From NCBI GenBank assembly GCA_045617985.1, contig JAZLJP010000010.1:9961-73960 (forward strand): a DNA stretch of 64,000 nucleotides, given 5' to 3'. This DNA comes from Kiritimatiellia bacterium. Its GTDB lineage: Bacteria > Verrucomicrobiota > Kiritimatiellia > RFP12 > UBA1067. Shown here one piece after another: positions 37,698-47,926 of this stretch (positions within the stretch are counted from its first letter, which is position 1; each line of letters begins with the position of its first letter). The notes under the pieces were generated by a model that worked only from the letters and a program-made list of their open reading frames with translations, did not search any database and was not told the DNA's origin. A program made the translations under genes and the position numbers.

Positions 37698-37981
37698 AAT
37701 TCGCTTCTCCCCCCAGATTCAATTGATGAAGCGGGACACCCGCCGAGATGAGCTGGTTGGTGATGGCGGCAAAATCCTCACGATCACCTTCGGGGCAATC
37801 GGGATGGTTCAACACGTAAGTTGCGAATTCAAGGCGGTTCGAACTCATGTCATAGCCCGTAAAACACGCTGCAAAAAGCGTGTCGAGAGGAACTGTTCCC
37901 AGCAGATCAAGATATCGATGGCGATATCGCTGACAGCGACAACAGAGAAATGAGAAAACCAGTGCAGAATACTTCTTTCAT
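37698..37981 (-). pseudogene. Internally deleted exported protein (candidate immunity gene of cassette 2)
   Basis: ATGA overlap at 37978-37981; MKEVFCTGFLISLLSLSAIS then frame change at GCGATATCGCCATCGATATC into HRYLDLLGTVPLDTLF...LHQLNLGGEAN*. Confidence 0.6.
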
Positions 37982-38766
37982 CTTGTATACACCTCCTGTT
38001 CGACATTCTTAACCTTATCGGCACCAACATCTAGACATGTCGTGTCGCACGAATTCGTCGTACCATTTCGCAAACTATAGACAGAACCATCTGGAATATC
38101 CAACGAAGCACCATCGTTGAAACCATACATGAGAAGTTTCTCTAAAATCACTCCATGCGTATCAGACGAACCATAATAGCCTCGCCCCGTCTCCTGCCCC
38201 CAGTCTCTTTTCCCTTTGAATGTCGACTTATTGACCACCTCATTGAAGCAGTGCAGATATGTTGTCACATAGTCGCTTCCAATCTTGACTTGACACACCG
38301 GATAGCAATCATCCAATCCGAGTTGGTGTCCCAATTCATGGGCAACCGTTAGTCCGTTCGCTTTTCTTCCAATCACAATCCCAAGTCCATCACAGTATTC
38401 TCCCAACGTGACCCCATCTCCTGTTGTCGGGTTTCGCCCCGTTCTGTTCCTCGGCGTATGCGAAAAAATGTCAGGATACTGCGTATAGGGGTACGGATCG
38501 GAACCCGCTGCGGCGAAGAGGTCGTTCGTCGCGTTTGGAAGAACAACCTTCGCCGAGACGGAGCGGACGCGCCCCCTGCGGCCCGTCTCGAAGACGAGGC
38601 GCAGACGCCGCACCCCCGCAGGAGAACCGTCGGTCTCGACCCGGTTCGTCGCAACGGCGCACCCGTCCTCAACGGAAGGAACGGCGCAACGCGCAAACCA
38701 TTCGCCGCAATCCCAGCCAACAGAAAAATCATCAGAAATGTCTTCGTTTCGCTTTACATTCTCCTC
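37978..38766 (-). pseudogene. Chimeric remnant: accessory-gene fragment fused in frame to a zinc-metalloprotease C-terminal domain
   Basis: Frame open from the stop at 38767 without a credible start; GC-rich part DDFSVGWDCGEWF...NATNDLFAAAGSDP, then AT-richer part with TVAHELGHQLGLDD. Confidence 0.7.
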
Positions 38767-41700
38767 TTATTTCCCAAGGACGAGGCGGGCGTGTTTCGCG
38801 TAGGCGCGGCGCGGATCGGCTGCGTAGGCTTCGAGGGTACGGCGGCCGAGATGGTCGGGCGTATCGCCAAGGCGATAGAGCGCGCGGGCGATGCAGAGTT
38901 CGCGGAGGGAGAGCGTGCGTTCCCAGTCACCTGCCGCATTCTGATAGCCGGGCACCACGGGCGGCTCGGCGCCCATCACCTGCCAGCGTCCGCCAATGCC
39001 GGGGCGCTTGAGAATATCCGCAAGAACGGGTATCGCCTCTTTGCTGCCGATCTCTTCGAGGGCGCGCGCGATTGCGCGGAAATGCGAATACTCGCTCCGC
39101 TCGGTGAGTGCGGCGGCTTTCGCGATGAGCGCGGGAATGGCGGCTTTTGACTTGCAGTGCCCGAGCGCGATCGCGTAGCTATCCACCCAGCTCACGCTGC
39201 GGTTGAACTGGCCCATGCCGCGATAGTTCCAGCCCTTGTCCCACGGCGTAGCCTTGAATTTCGCAAGGAGTTCCGCCTCGCCATCGGGATGGCCAAGCAG
39301 CGCAAGAACGTGCGCATAGATCGTCTTCGCTTCGCCTTCGGCCGTCTGATAGGCGCCCTTGATGCGCGGGAGGGCACGCGTACGATCCGTCATGAGAACG
39401 GGCAGGCCCTTGTAGTTGTCCGCGAGGTCCGCCACCGCCGTCTCGATCTCGCTTTCCGGGAGCGGGAAGTTATCTTTCATCTCAAGGTCGCCCGGCGTGA
39501 GGATCTTCATCTCAACGAGATGGCGCTGCAGCGCCTTCACGTCGATCTCGCGCACGGCAACGCCCGCTTTCATCGCCATGGCGGAGGCCGTGCCGGCCGC
39601 ATAGCCCTGGTTCTGGATATCGGGCTGCATGCGGAGAATGGGCATCGCGTCGCGATGGGCGCTGATGCCAAGCCCCGTCACGAGAAGCCCGTCGAGCTTC
39701 TTCGGAAGAAGGCACCGGTACGGCAGGTTCACATACATCGGCTTGTGGCCGGGATCCTGGATGAAGAAAAGATCGTCGCGGGTCTGGCCATGCGAATCGA
39801 AGTTCGAATAGGTGCGCGTGATGATGTCAGGATAAGTGCGGCCGCACACGACATCCGCCGCGCTCATGTAGAACGCGCCGATCATGCGGCGGCGCTCGCG
39901 GCTATTGATCACCTGCGCCTGATCCCAGGTGTTTTCGGGAAGGCTGAGGCGCGAGCGGAGCGCGAAATAGAAGACGTCCGCCGCATCGGTATCGTCGACG
40001 AAGCCGATATCGGAATTCGCATAGCCCGTGCCCAATGTCATCTGCGCGAGGCCCACGCCCTGCACGGAGAGGTCTTCATCCGTAATGAACTCCGTCTCCT
40101 CGCCCGCCATGGCCGGGAGTTCCGCATTGCCCGTTGCATCGATCGCCGTGCGGCAGGCCACGAGGCCGCGCGTACCATCGGCCATCACAACGACGACGCC
40201 CGTCACGCGTCCATTTGCAACCACAACGCCGTTCACGAAGACGCCGAACCAGATTTCCGCGCCCGCCTTACGCTGTTCGGCACGATACCATTCGCTCTTC
40301 GCCTGCGGGAACACGCTTCCCGTCGCGCGCGTTCCCTCGTCGATTTCCTGCGTAAAGCCCACGCGGTGGCCGAAGTAGTAACGCCCGATGAGGCCGTCGG
40401 TCTGCACGCCGCCTTCCACATAAAGGTAGTCCGCCACAATCGTCTTCGCGCCATGACGGGCGGCGGCGATGGCCGCAGGGGCGCCCCCCGTACCGGCGCC
40501 GACGACAAACGTATCGCATGTCGCGAGGACCGGCAGATTGTCGGGCGTTTTCACCGTGCCCTTCGTATTGACGAGATAGCCCGGGAGTTCACCATGGTGT
40601 TCGCCCAAGGTGGCCCCCCCTGCGAGCGCCGGCGCCTTCCCCGATGCAACGCACGTGAGCGCGCCGACCGCCGCCGGGCGCGTCTTCGCCTCGGCCGCCA
40701 CCGCACGGCCCACGCGCGCACCAAGGCACAAGGCGGCTCCCGGGCGGAGCATCGGCTCGACTGCGGAACGCGCCACATCGGCGCGCGGCCCGAGCACCCA
40801 CACCCCCTCCACCGCCTTCACGCGCAACGCTTCCAAATCAAGCGCGTCGGCGCCCTGCCATGCCGCTACCGGAACACGGCCCCGGATGGGATCCGGCGGC
40901 AGGAAGGTCAAGGTGTTTGCGGCATCCGTCTGCTGGATCGTAAAGGTGCGGTCGCGCGCAATCTGCTCCGCTTCGGCGAAACTTCGCGCCGAAGAGTCCT
41001 TCATCGGAATCATCACCGTGCAATCCCAGATCCGCGCCTCGATATCAAGCGGATGCTTCGGCTTGAGATGATTGTTCACGCGCACGGGGAAGGCCTCGGA
41101 AATCGCCCGCGCCGTCACGCCCGCCCCCTTCGGGGCCTCGCCGGAAACGACGATACGGTGGAACGGATACGTGCCCGGGCGGAAAGGCGCCGCCGCCACC
41201 CCGCCGGCAAGCGTTGCCGCAACGGCGCGATCCGTCGCATCCACCAGCACCTTGGCCCGCACGACCTGGCGGCCGCTCCGGTTCGCCATCACGACGCCCG
41301 CGAATCGCCCGTTGGCATCTTTCACGACATCGCACACGAGAACGCCCGTAATGTAGGGAACGCGAGAGGCGAGAAGCGCACGGTCGAGCGCGCGCTTGAC
41401 AATGAACGGCGACGTACGCACGGCAAGCTGTGCCGCCCCTTCCGCGGGACGCGCCACCGTAATCTCGCCGAGCAACTGGCGCGGGGCGTCAACCGCCTTG
41501 AGGGCCTTCACCCGCACGAACCGGGCACATCCCGTCTTTGCCCATCTGAACGTACGAAGGTCGTCTGCAAAATCGACGTTCTCCACGCGCGCGGGCGGGG
41601 TCCACGCCTTGCCATCCGCGCTCAGGGAGATTTCCATCGCGCTCGTTCTGAAGCCCACGTTCGGCCCCGTCGATTCGGTTTGCAGACGCTTTTTCTTGTT

Positions 41701-42180
41701 CGTCGGCCGAAAATAGGTCACGAGCTCCACGCCCTCAAGGGGCCGCACGGCCCCGAGATCGAGCGTCACCGTCACGTCGTCGGCATACTGCACGCTTTCG
41801 CGCGACGCATTCCCGAAGGCGCCATCGCCCAACATCGTGTTCGTCTTATCCGGATGCGCCTTATCGGCCTTGAGATCCGTCACGTAGGTAAACGGCCAAC
41901 CTTCCTTCTCCGGCGCGAAAATCGTCCGGAAGAGCGGATGGCGCACATCGTCCTCCGCCGCGCGCACAACGCGCAACGTGCCCGCCACGTCCTCGCCGAG
42001 ATAGGGCCGCGGCGCGAGCAGGAACACCTCCGCCCCCGCTTCCTTCGCAGCAATCGCCGCCGCAACGGCCGCCGTCGAACCGCCCACGACGACGACATCG
42101 GTTGAACGGACGATGGGCAACTGAGCCGCCCAAAGGTTTGCGGAAAGAACGGCGACAAGGGCGAGAAGCGTTTTTTTCAT
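38767..42180 (-). CDS. Secreted tandem FAD-dependent oxidoreductase with discoidin-like insert and HEAT-like tail
   Basis: DVVVVGGSTAA and DTFVVGAGTGG Rossmann motifs; VDATD/IDATG; LPYRCLLPK..DGLLVTGLGIS; DLG...FVRV discoidin pattern. Confidence 0.85.
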   Translation of the reverse strand: MKKTLLALVAVLSANLWAAQLPIVRSTDVVVVGGSTAAVAAAIAAKEAGAEVFLLAPRPYLGEDVAGTLRVVRAAEDDVRHPLFRTIFAPEKEGWPFTYVTDLKADKAHPDKTNTMLGDGAFGNASRESVQYADDVTVTLDLGAVRPLEGVELVTYFRPTNKKKRLQTESTGPNVGFRTSAMEISLSADGKAWTPPARVENVDFADDLRTFRWAKTGCARFVRVKALKAVDAPRQLLGEITVARPAEGAAQLAVRTSPFIVKRALDRALLASRVPYITGVLVCDVVKDANGRFAGVVMANRSGRQVVRAKVLVDATDRAVAATLAGGVAAAPFRPGTYPFHRIVVSGEAPKGAGVTARAISEAFPVRVNNHLKPKHPLDIEARIWDCTVMIPMKDSSARSFAEAEQIARDRTFTIQQTDAANTLTFLPPDPIRGRVPVAAWQGADALDLEALRVKAVEGVWVLGPRADVARSAVEPMLRPGAALCLGARVGRAVAAEAKTRPAAVGALTCVASGKAPALAGGATLGEHHGELPGYLVNTKGTVKTPDNLPVLATCDTFVVGAGTGGAPAAIAAARHGAKTIVADYLYVEGGVQTDGLIGRYYFGHRVGFTQEIDEGTRATGSVFPQAKSEWYRAEQRKAGAEIWFGVFVNGVVVANGRVTGVVVVMADGTRGLVACRTAIDATGNAELPAMAGEETEFITDEDLSVQGVGLAQMTLGTGYANSDIGFVDDTDAADVFYFALRSRLSLPENTWDQAQVINSRERRRMIGAFYMSAADVVCGRTYPDIITRTYSNFDSHGQTRDDLFFIQDPGHKPMYVNLPYRCLLPKKLDGLLVTGLGISAHRDAMPILRMQPDIQNQGYAAGTASAMAMKAGVAVREIDVKALQRHLVEMKILTPGDLEMKDNFPLPESEIETAVADLADNYKGLPVLMTDRTRALPRIKGAYQTAEGEAKTIYAHVLALLGHPDGEAELLAKFKATPWDKGWNYRGMGQFNRSVSWVDSYAIALGHCKSKAAIPALIAKAAALTERSEYSHFRAIARALEEIGSKEAIPVLADILKRPGIGGRWQVMGAEPPVVPGYQNAAGDWERTLSLRELCIARALYRLGDTPDHLGRRTLEAYAADPRRAYAKHARLVLGK

Positions 42181-42187
42181 AGCGGCA

Positions 42188-43198
42188 TCAGGTCTTAAGG
42201 GGGGCGAAGAACGTCATGGACGTCTTCTTGAATTCGCGTGTGGAAAGAAGGAGCGTTCCGGGAACGGGCGTACCGAGGGTTTCCGCGAGATGGGCGTCAA
42301 GGGCGCGAAATTGCGCGAGCGACTCCTCCGGCGTATGGGCGTGGACCATCGCGAAGACCGTGTAGGGGAATCCGGGCGCACTCGGGCGTTCGTAGCAATG
42401 CGTCACTTCGCCACGGGCGGCAAGAGCACGGCCGGCGGCCGTCGTCTCCCCTTCCACGCGCCAGCAGCACATACCGTTCGCCGCCCAACCGGCAACACGA
42501 TGAAAGAGGAGCAGCCCGATGCGCTTGAGGCGGCCCTGGCGGCGCCACACTTCAAGGCGTGCAAGAACGTCCCATTCCTTTGCGCCGATTTTCTCGGCGA
42601 TGCCCGCGAAGTAGTCGCTCCGCACCTGCGTATCCCCCTGGAGCGCGCCCACGAGGCGGCGTTCATCGGAAGAAAGCGGCGGCAGATCGTCCTCAACCCG
42701 TTCCTCTTTCGCACGCGTCGCGGCACCGAAAACGACGTCCACCTTGTACCGGCGCACGGCCGGGAGCACATGAACGGGGAACGGGGCGAGACGCGCGGCG
42801 ACTTCGCCCGCCATGGCCGAAAAGATGTCCGCCGGGTAGCTGAGCGTGAACCAGAGATTCGGCGTTGCATATTGGCTTGCCACAACGGGAGTGGCCGCAA
42901 GCGGCGCGCGGAGATAGCAGTGCGTCACGCCCACGAGCGGCGTGAGGCGCGCGGCACAGGCGTCAAGTTCGAGCTGCGGCACGGTGGCCGCACAGAGGGC
43001 CGAGGCGTATCCGAGGCGGCGCGTATCGAAGACGGCGCCGAAACGGCGCACGACGCCACGGGAACGGGCCTCGGCAAGAGCGGCGAGCACCTCGTCTTCC
43101 GTGCCGCCCAAGTCGTCCGCAAGCGCGGCAAACGGACGCGACACAAGCGGCAGCCCGCGCTGAAGCGCCACCAGAAGGTCTGCAGGGGCGATCTTCAC
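42188..43198 (-). CDS. Fused siroheme decarboxylase AhbA/AhbB (NirDL/GH-like, Lrp/AsnC fold)
   Basis: Two halves: LPLVSRPF...VRRFGAVFD...VTHCYLR...NLWFT and LKRIG...ANGMCCW...VTHCYERP..PGFPYTVFAMVH...REFKKTSM. Confidence 0.85.
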   Translation of the reverse strand: MKIAPADLLVALQRGLPLVSRPFAALADDLGGTEDEVLAALAEARSRGVVRRFGAVFDTRRLGYASALCAATVPQLELDACAARLTPLVGVTHCYLRAPLAATPVVASQYATPNLWFTLSYPADIFSAMAGEVAARLAPFPVHVLPAVRRYKVDVVFGAATRAKEERVEDDLPPLSSDERRLVGALQGDTQVRSDYFAGIAEKIGAKEWDVLARLEVWRRQGRLKRIGLLLFHRVAGWAANGMCCWRVEGETTAAGRALAARGEVTHCYERPSAPGFPYTVFAMVHAHTPEESLAQFRALDAHLAETLGTPVPGTLLLSTREFKKTSMTFFAPLKT

Positions 43199-43740
43199 GG
43201 GGCGGGCTGGGTTGAGGTCTTGCGGTTATAGGGGAAGCCCACCGCATCATCCACGATCTGACGCGCGAACTCGGCGGCGAGGCGCGCTACGGAATTGCGC
43301 TTGGCCGTGAGCAGGTCGTTCTGCACCGAAATCGTCGTCTCGGCCGTATACGTGCGCTTGAGGAAAAGCTTCTTCTCGGGCTCTGGCTCGTCGTTGTTGA
43401 TGTAATTCACTTCCACCGTCGCAAGGCAGCGATATTCGCCCGCGCGCATGCCGTAGCCGCGCGCATAGGCAATCGGCGAGAAGTCGGCCTTCTTGATTTC
43501 GCCCTGCACTTCGATCGAGGAGTGACCTGAACGGCGAATGGCGAACGTGCCTTCCCGCTGGAATTCGCGCAGCGTGTACTGCGTGGTGATCGGCCCGAGT
43601 TCGGCGAGATTCGTCGCATTCTGGAAAACCGGCACAGCCACCGTGCGCAGTTCTTCCGGAACACGCGAGGTCCAACGATAGTTGGCGCAACCGCACAGCA
43701 CAAGCGCGGGAACGAGAAAGAGAAATGTACGCAGTTTCAT
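43195..43740 (-). CDS. lptE: LPS assembly lipoprotein LptE-like
   Basis: Lipobox LCGC; TVAVPVFQN; adjacent to bamD-like gene. Confidence 0.75.
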   Translation of the reverse strand: MKLRTFLFLVPALVLCGCANYRWTSRVPEELRTVAVPVFQNATNLAELGPITTQYTLREFQREGTFAIRRSGHSSIEVQGEIKKADFSPIAYARGYGMRAGEYRCLATVEVNYINNDEPEPEKKLFLKRTYTAETTISVQNDLLTAKRNSVARLAAEFARQIVDDAVGFPYNRKTSTQPAP

Positions 43741-43775
43741 GATTGAATCCTTTTCATCGGAAGGTGAACGAAACA

Positions 43776-44816
43776 TCAGGGCGCCGGCGTAGGGGCCGGC
43801 GTTTGGGAAAGCTCAAGAATACGCAGGCGCACCTCTTCCGCATGGGGCGAATTGGGATAGTTCTTGAGGAACTGCTCCCATGCCGAACACGCCGCGTGGC
43901 GCGTGCGCCGCTTCGTATCGTAGCTCTTCGCCTGGAGATAGGCCTCCTTCTCCATGTAGTCGGCGATTTCCCGATCGCATTTCTTGATCTCTTCGAGCTG
44001 CTCGAGATCGGGATAGCGCGCCATCACGTGCGCGAAAAAGCCGCGCGTATCCTTGCAGCGCGCCTGATTGTAGCCGAGGCGGCGGCAGAGCCACATGCGC
44101 GCCAAGGCTTCACGATAGGCCCCGAGACGCGCCTCGGCGCGGAGCGGGTACTTGCTCTGAAGTGCGGCATAGACCTTCTGCGCCTCTTCATACTGCTGGT
44201 CGTCTTCACGCAATTTGGCGATCTTGAGCATCGCCTCCGCCACGAACGACGCCCCCGGCGCACGCCGAACGATCGATTCGTAGTGCTGGCGAACAAGACG
44301 ATTGGATAGGAACGAAAGCCCGAACCAGGACTTCTTCTTATCGACCATCGTATTGACAAGCTTATAGCCGTAATCGACGAGTTCAAGATAGGCGCAATCG
44401 CGCGCGTAGAAGTCGAGGAGATACTCAAGCTGCGTGAACGCCTCTTCGTAGTCTTCCAACTTGCCGGCAAGAAGGTGCACGAAATGCAACTGCGCCTTCG
44501 GCGCTTCGATGGCCGACGGCCACTCGCGCACAAGCGCATCGCAGGCCTTGGCGGCCCCCTTGAAGTCACCCTTCTTTTCCAGTTCCTCCGCAAACGCCAA
44601 CTGCTCGGCGGGCGTGGCGCGCTTCACGCCGAACCACCAGCTCTTTTCGCGGCGCTCGGGTTTCGGCACGTCGTCGAGACCGTCGAAGCCCGGATAGGCA
44701 TCCGTCGCAAACGGGGACTGCCCCCCCGGCGCGGCCCCCACCACCGTGCGCTGCGGCGCGGCCGAAAGCGCAAAGCCCGTCAGGGCCGCGACCGTCATGA
44801 TCAAAATCTTCTTCAT
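43776..44816 (-). CDS. bamD: Outer-membrane assembly factor BamD-like TPR protein
   Basis: TPR-like helices with WPSAIEAPKA, APGASFVAEAM, KYP, NYPNSPHAEE; bamD-lptE context. Confidence 0.72.
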   Translation of the reverse strand: MKKILIMTVAALTGFALSAAPQRTVVGAAPGGQSPFATDAYPGFDGLDDVPKPERREKSWWFGVKRATPAEQLAFAEELEKKGDFKGAAKACDALVREWPSAIEAPKAQLHFVHLLAGKLEDYEEAFTQLEYLLDFYARDCAYLELVDYGYKLVNTMVDKKKSWFGLSFLSNRLVRQHYESIVRRAPGASFVAEAMLKIAKLREDDQQYEEAQKVYAALQSKYPLRAEARLGAYREALARMWLCRRLGYNQARCKDTRGFFAHVMARYPDLEQLEEIKKCDREIADYMEKEAYLQAKSYDTKRRTRHAACSAWEQFLKNYPNSPHAEEVRLRILELSQTPAPTPAP

Positions 44817-46246
44817 TTCTTCTTTCCTTTCACATACTTGAGAATTCCGGCCGCGGCTTTGCGGCCTTCACCCATGGCGAGAATCACCGTCGCCGCCCCG
44901 AGAACGATGTCACCGCCCGCGAACACGCCGGGAATCGATGTCATATTCGTTTCCGGATCGACCACCAAGGTGCCCCGCTCCGAGAATTGCAACCCGGGCG
45001 TCGTTTCCGCGATGAGCGGGTTCGACCCGTTCCCCACGGCCACGATCACCGTATCGACATCGAGCGTGAACTCGCTTCCCGCAATCGGCATCGGCTTGCG
45101 GCGCCCCCGCGCATCGCTCTCGCCGAGCTCGTACTTGAGGCATTCGATCCCGCTCACCCGGCCGTTCGCATCGCCGAGGATCCGCTTCGGATTCTGAAGA
45201 AGGCACATCTCCACGCCTTCTTCACGCGCATGGAGCACTTCCTCGCGGCGAGCGGGCATTTCCACTTCCGAGCGCCGATAGACGAGATAGACCTTCTCCG
45301 CGCCAAGGCGAAGAGCCATGCGGCTTGCGTCCATCGCCACGTTCCCGCCTCCCAACACCGCCACGCGGCGCCCGTGCCAGAATGGCGTATCGACATGGCC
45401 TTCATCGAAGGCCCGCATGAGATTCGCGCGCGTGAGGTACTCGTTCGCGCTGAAAACGCCCACGAGATTCTCGCCTTCAATGCCCATGAACTTCGGAAGG
45501 CCCGCGCCCGTCCCCACGAAAACGGCGTCGAATTCCGCCGTGAGCTCCTGAAGGCCGCGCGTACGGCCCACCACGAAATTCGTTTCGATCTTCACGCCGA
45601 GGCGCTTCAAGCCGTCGATTTCACGCTGCACGATCTTCTTCGGGAGGCGGAATTCTGGAATGCCGTAAACGAGCACGCCGCCCGGTTTATGGAAGGCTTC
45701 GAAAATCGTCACGTCAAGCCCCGCGCGCGCGCAATCCGCCGCGCAGGCGATCGAAGCCGGGCCCGAACCGACAATGGCCACGCGCGCCGGCGCCGCAGCG
45801 GACGCAACAGCAGGCGAGGCCAACGGCGCATCGGCGGGCGCCTGACGCGCCGCCTCGTCGGCACAGAAGCGTTCCACGCGGCCAATCGCCACGGCCTTTT
45901 CCGCATCCTTCAGAATCTTCCCCACCGTGCAGAAGAGTTGGCACTGCTTCTCCTGGGGGCAGACGCGCCCGCACACGGCCGGCAGCAGCGACGACCGGCG
46001 AATCACCGCCAGCGCCCCCGCGAAATCGCCTGCGGCGGCCTTGGCGAGAAAGCCGGGGATATCCACCGCCACCGGGCAGCCTTTTGTGCACGGCTTCGTG
46101 GGGCAGGAGAGGCAGCGGCTCGCTTCGCGCTGCGCCTGCTCCCGCGTGTACCCGAGCATCACTTCATCCATGTTGCGCACACGAACGGACGGATCCTGTT
46201 CCGGCATCCGTTCGGGCGGGATGGCCAATTTTTCACTCTGTGTCAT
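44813..46246 (-). CDS. GltD-like NADPH-dependent oxidoreductase (NfnB/SudA-type)
   Basis: EASRCLSC...C..GCP, CGRVCPQEKQC, VGSGP, YGIPEFRLP, GGGNVAMD, AGGDIVLGAATVILAMGEG. Confidence 0.92.
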   Translation of the reverse strand: MTQSEKLAIPPERMPEQDPSVRVRNMDEVMLGYTREQAQREASRCLSCPTKPCTKGCPVAVDIPGFLAKAAAGDFAGALAVIRRSSLLPAVCGRVCPQEKQCQLFCTVGKILKDAEKAVAIGRVERFCADEAARQAPADAPLASPAVASAAAPARVAIVGSGPASIACAADCARAGLDVTIFEAFHKPGGVLVYGIPEFRLPKKIVQREIDGLKRLGVKIETNFVVGRTRGLQELTAEFDAVFVGTGAGLPKFMGIEGENLVGVFSANEYLTRANLMRAFDEGHVDTPFWHGRRVAVLGGGNVAMDASRMALRLGAEKVYLVYRRSEVEMPARREEVLHAREEGVEMCLLQNPKRILGDANGRVSGIECLKYELGESDARGRRKPMPIAGSEFTLDVDTVIVAVGNGSNPLIAETTPGLQFSERGTLVVDPETNMTSIPGVFAGGDIVLGAATVILAMGEGRKAAAGILKYVKGKKK

Positions 46247-46263
46247 TCTTCCTTCACACCTTC

Positions 46264-47121
46264 TTAGTGGTCATGTTTGCCTTCGCCATGCCACGGGATA
46301 AATTCGGGCACCTTGTCAATGCCGGAAGCGATGCGCTGGCGAACGGCCTCGTAGACGAGAATCGTCGTGGCGGCACTCACATTGAGCGAATCCGCAAGCC
46401 CCAGCATGGGGATGCGCACACGCAAGTCGGCATTGTCCATCCACTTCGCCGTCAGGCCATATTGCTCCGCACCGACGGCGAGCGCCACGTTCCCCGTGAG
46501 ATCGACTTCGAAGTGAAGCTTCTCGGCATGGGGCGTTGCCGCAAGAATCTTGAAATTCCGCTCCTTGAGCCAGGCGAGCGCCTCGTCGCTCGATGCCTCG
46601 ACGATCGGCACGGAAAACATCGTTCCCGTGGAGGCGCGCACCACGTTGGGGTTGTGCACGTCGGTCGTGCGGTCGCACACGATGACGGCGCTCGCCTTGG
46701 CGGCATCGGCGCTTCGGAGAATCGTTCCGAGATTGCCGGGCTTTTCTATGGCCTCTGTTAAGATCACGAGCGCCTGAGGGGGCAACACGAGATCGCCCAG
46801 CTTCTTCGCCACGTGCGGCCCCACCATCAGAAGGCCGTCAGGACGGTCCTTGTAGGCCATCTTCAAAAACGCCGCCTTCGTGCAGCGGAATTCCTCGGCA
46901 CCGCGCGCCACGCAATCCGCCACCAACACGGGTTCGTTTTCGTTCTTGAGGAAGAGGTCGGGGCAATGGAAAATCGCATGCGGGCGATAGCCGTTATCCA
47001 AGGCCCGCCGACACTCGCGGAACCCCTCCACGATCATCTCGCCCGATTCTTCGCGGGCGGAACACGTGCGGAGCTTGACGACGTATTTGATTTTGGGATT
47101 GGCCGGTGATGTCAGATCCAT
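46264..47121 (-). CDS. TrmH/SpoU-family RNA methyltransferase
   Basis: EKPGNLGTILRSA, VGAEQYGL, IPMLGLADSLNVS. Confidence 0.93.
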   Translation of the reverse strand: MDLTSPANPKIKYVVKLRTCSAREESGEMIVEGFRECRRALDNGYRPHAIFHCPDLFLKNENEPVLVADCVARGAEEFRCTKAAFLKMAYKDRPDGLLMVGPHVAKKLGDLVLPPQALVILTEAIEKPGNLGTILRSADAAKASAVIVCDRTTDVHNPNVVRASTGTMFSVPIVEASSDEALAWLKERNFKILAATPHAEKLHFEVDLTGNVALAVGAEQYGLTAKWMDNADLRVRIPMLGLADSLNVSAATTILVYEAVRQRIASGIDKVPEFIPWHGEGKHDH

Positions 47122-47874
47122 TTAACGCCCCCGCTCCGCGGCATTGCGCTTGGAAATCTCTTCCAGCCGCTCCAATTCAAGCAAGTGCTTCCGCCGCTCG
47201 ATGATCTTCAGGTAATCGGGCCGATGTTCGAGCAGGTCGGCGCACATCATGCGGTTCAAAAACACGATGCCGCCCGCACGCACGCGAGATTCGAGATCAA
47301 CGGCGTCATCGGCCTCGCGCATCGCCTCCGGCAGAACGGCAAGGAGCGCTTTCGCCACACGCGGCTCCACGACGACACGGGCGTAACGCGAACCGAAGAA
47401 GATGATGTTCCCTTCGCGCAGTTTGCGCTGCACATCGGCGCGATAGGCATCGATTTCATGAAGCAACGCCGCGCTCTTCGCATTCGGCGAGAACGCCTCG
47501 ACCTTCTCGGGCTTCGCCGGCGCATCGTCATCGGCGAAAAGTTCATCGAGGCTCTTCGCCTCGCCGACCTCCTTCTCGGCCTTCGCGGGAATGGCACCGG
47601 TGTAACCGGGTTGGGTCGCAAGGAATTTCCGCCACGAAAGAACCTGATCCGTCACCTGGATGTCGTTGATGTAAATCGCCGTGCCCATCCGCGCCACGCG
47701 ATAAGGCGGGCGGATGTACTGGCCGTTCGCGAAAACGAGACCGCTGTTCTGCGGTTTGCCCACGGCCCCCTTCAGCATCTGCATCGCCTGCTCCGGCACC
47801 TTCTCGAACGGCGGCGCCGCATAAAGGGCTGCAACGGCAAATCCTGCAGCCAATAAAATTCCAACCTTCTTCAT
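47122..47874 (-). CDS. Hypothetical exported protein
   Basis: AAGGAG SD then MKKVGILLAAGFAVAALYA signal peptide; coding-like bias. Confidence 0.75.
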   Translation of the reverse strand: MKKVGILLAAGFAVAALYAAPPFEKVPEQAMQMLKGAVGKPQNSGLVFANGQYIRPPYRVARMGTAIYINDIQVTDQVLSWRKFLATQPGYTGAIPAKAEKEVGEAKSLDELFADDDAPAKPEKVEAFSPNAKSAALLHEIDAYRADVQRKLREGNIIFFGSRYARVVVEPRVAKALLAVLPEAMREADDAVDLESRVRAGGIVFLNRMMCADLLEHRPDYLKIIERRKHLLELERLEEISKRNAAERGR

Positions 47875-47926
47875 CTCACTCCTTTTTTTCGGTTCATCCG
47901 CCTCCCGCATCCTTTCCTGCGGAATT

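Noticed and set aside
44721-44727. C7 runs in bamD-like, FAD oxidoreductase (~40614) and LUD (~62241) genes as contingency loci
   Set aside because: Short G/C runs are expected in GC-rich Gly/Pro codons.
44813-46246. Glutamate synthase gene symbol
   Set aside because: No large subunit nearby; the sequence cannot be distinguished from NfnB/SudA by eye, so no symbol was given.
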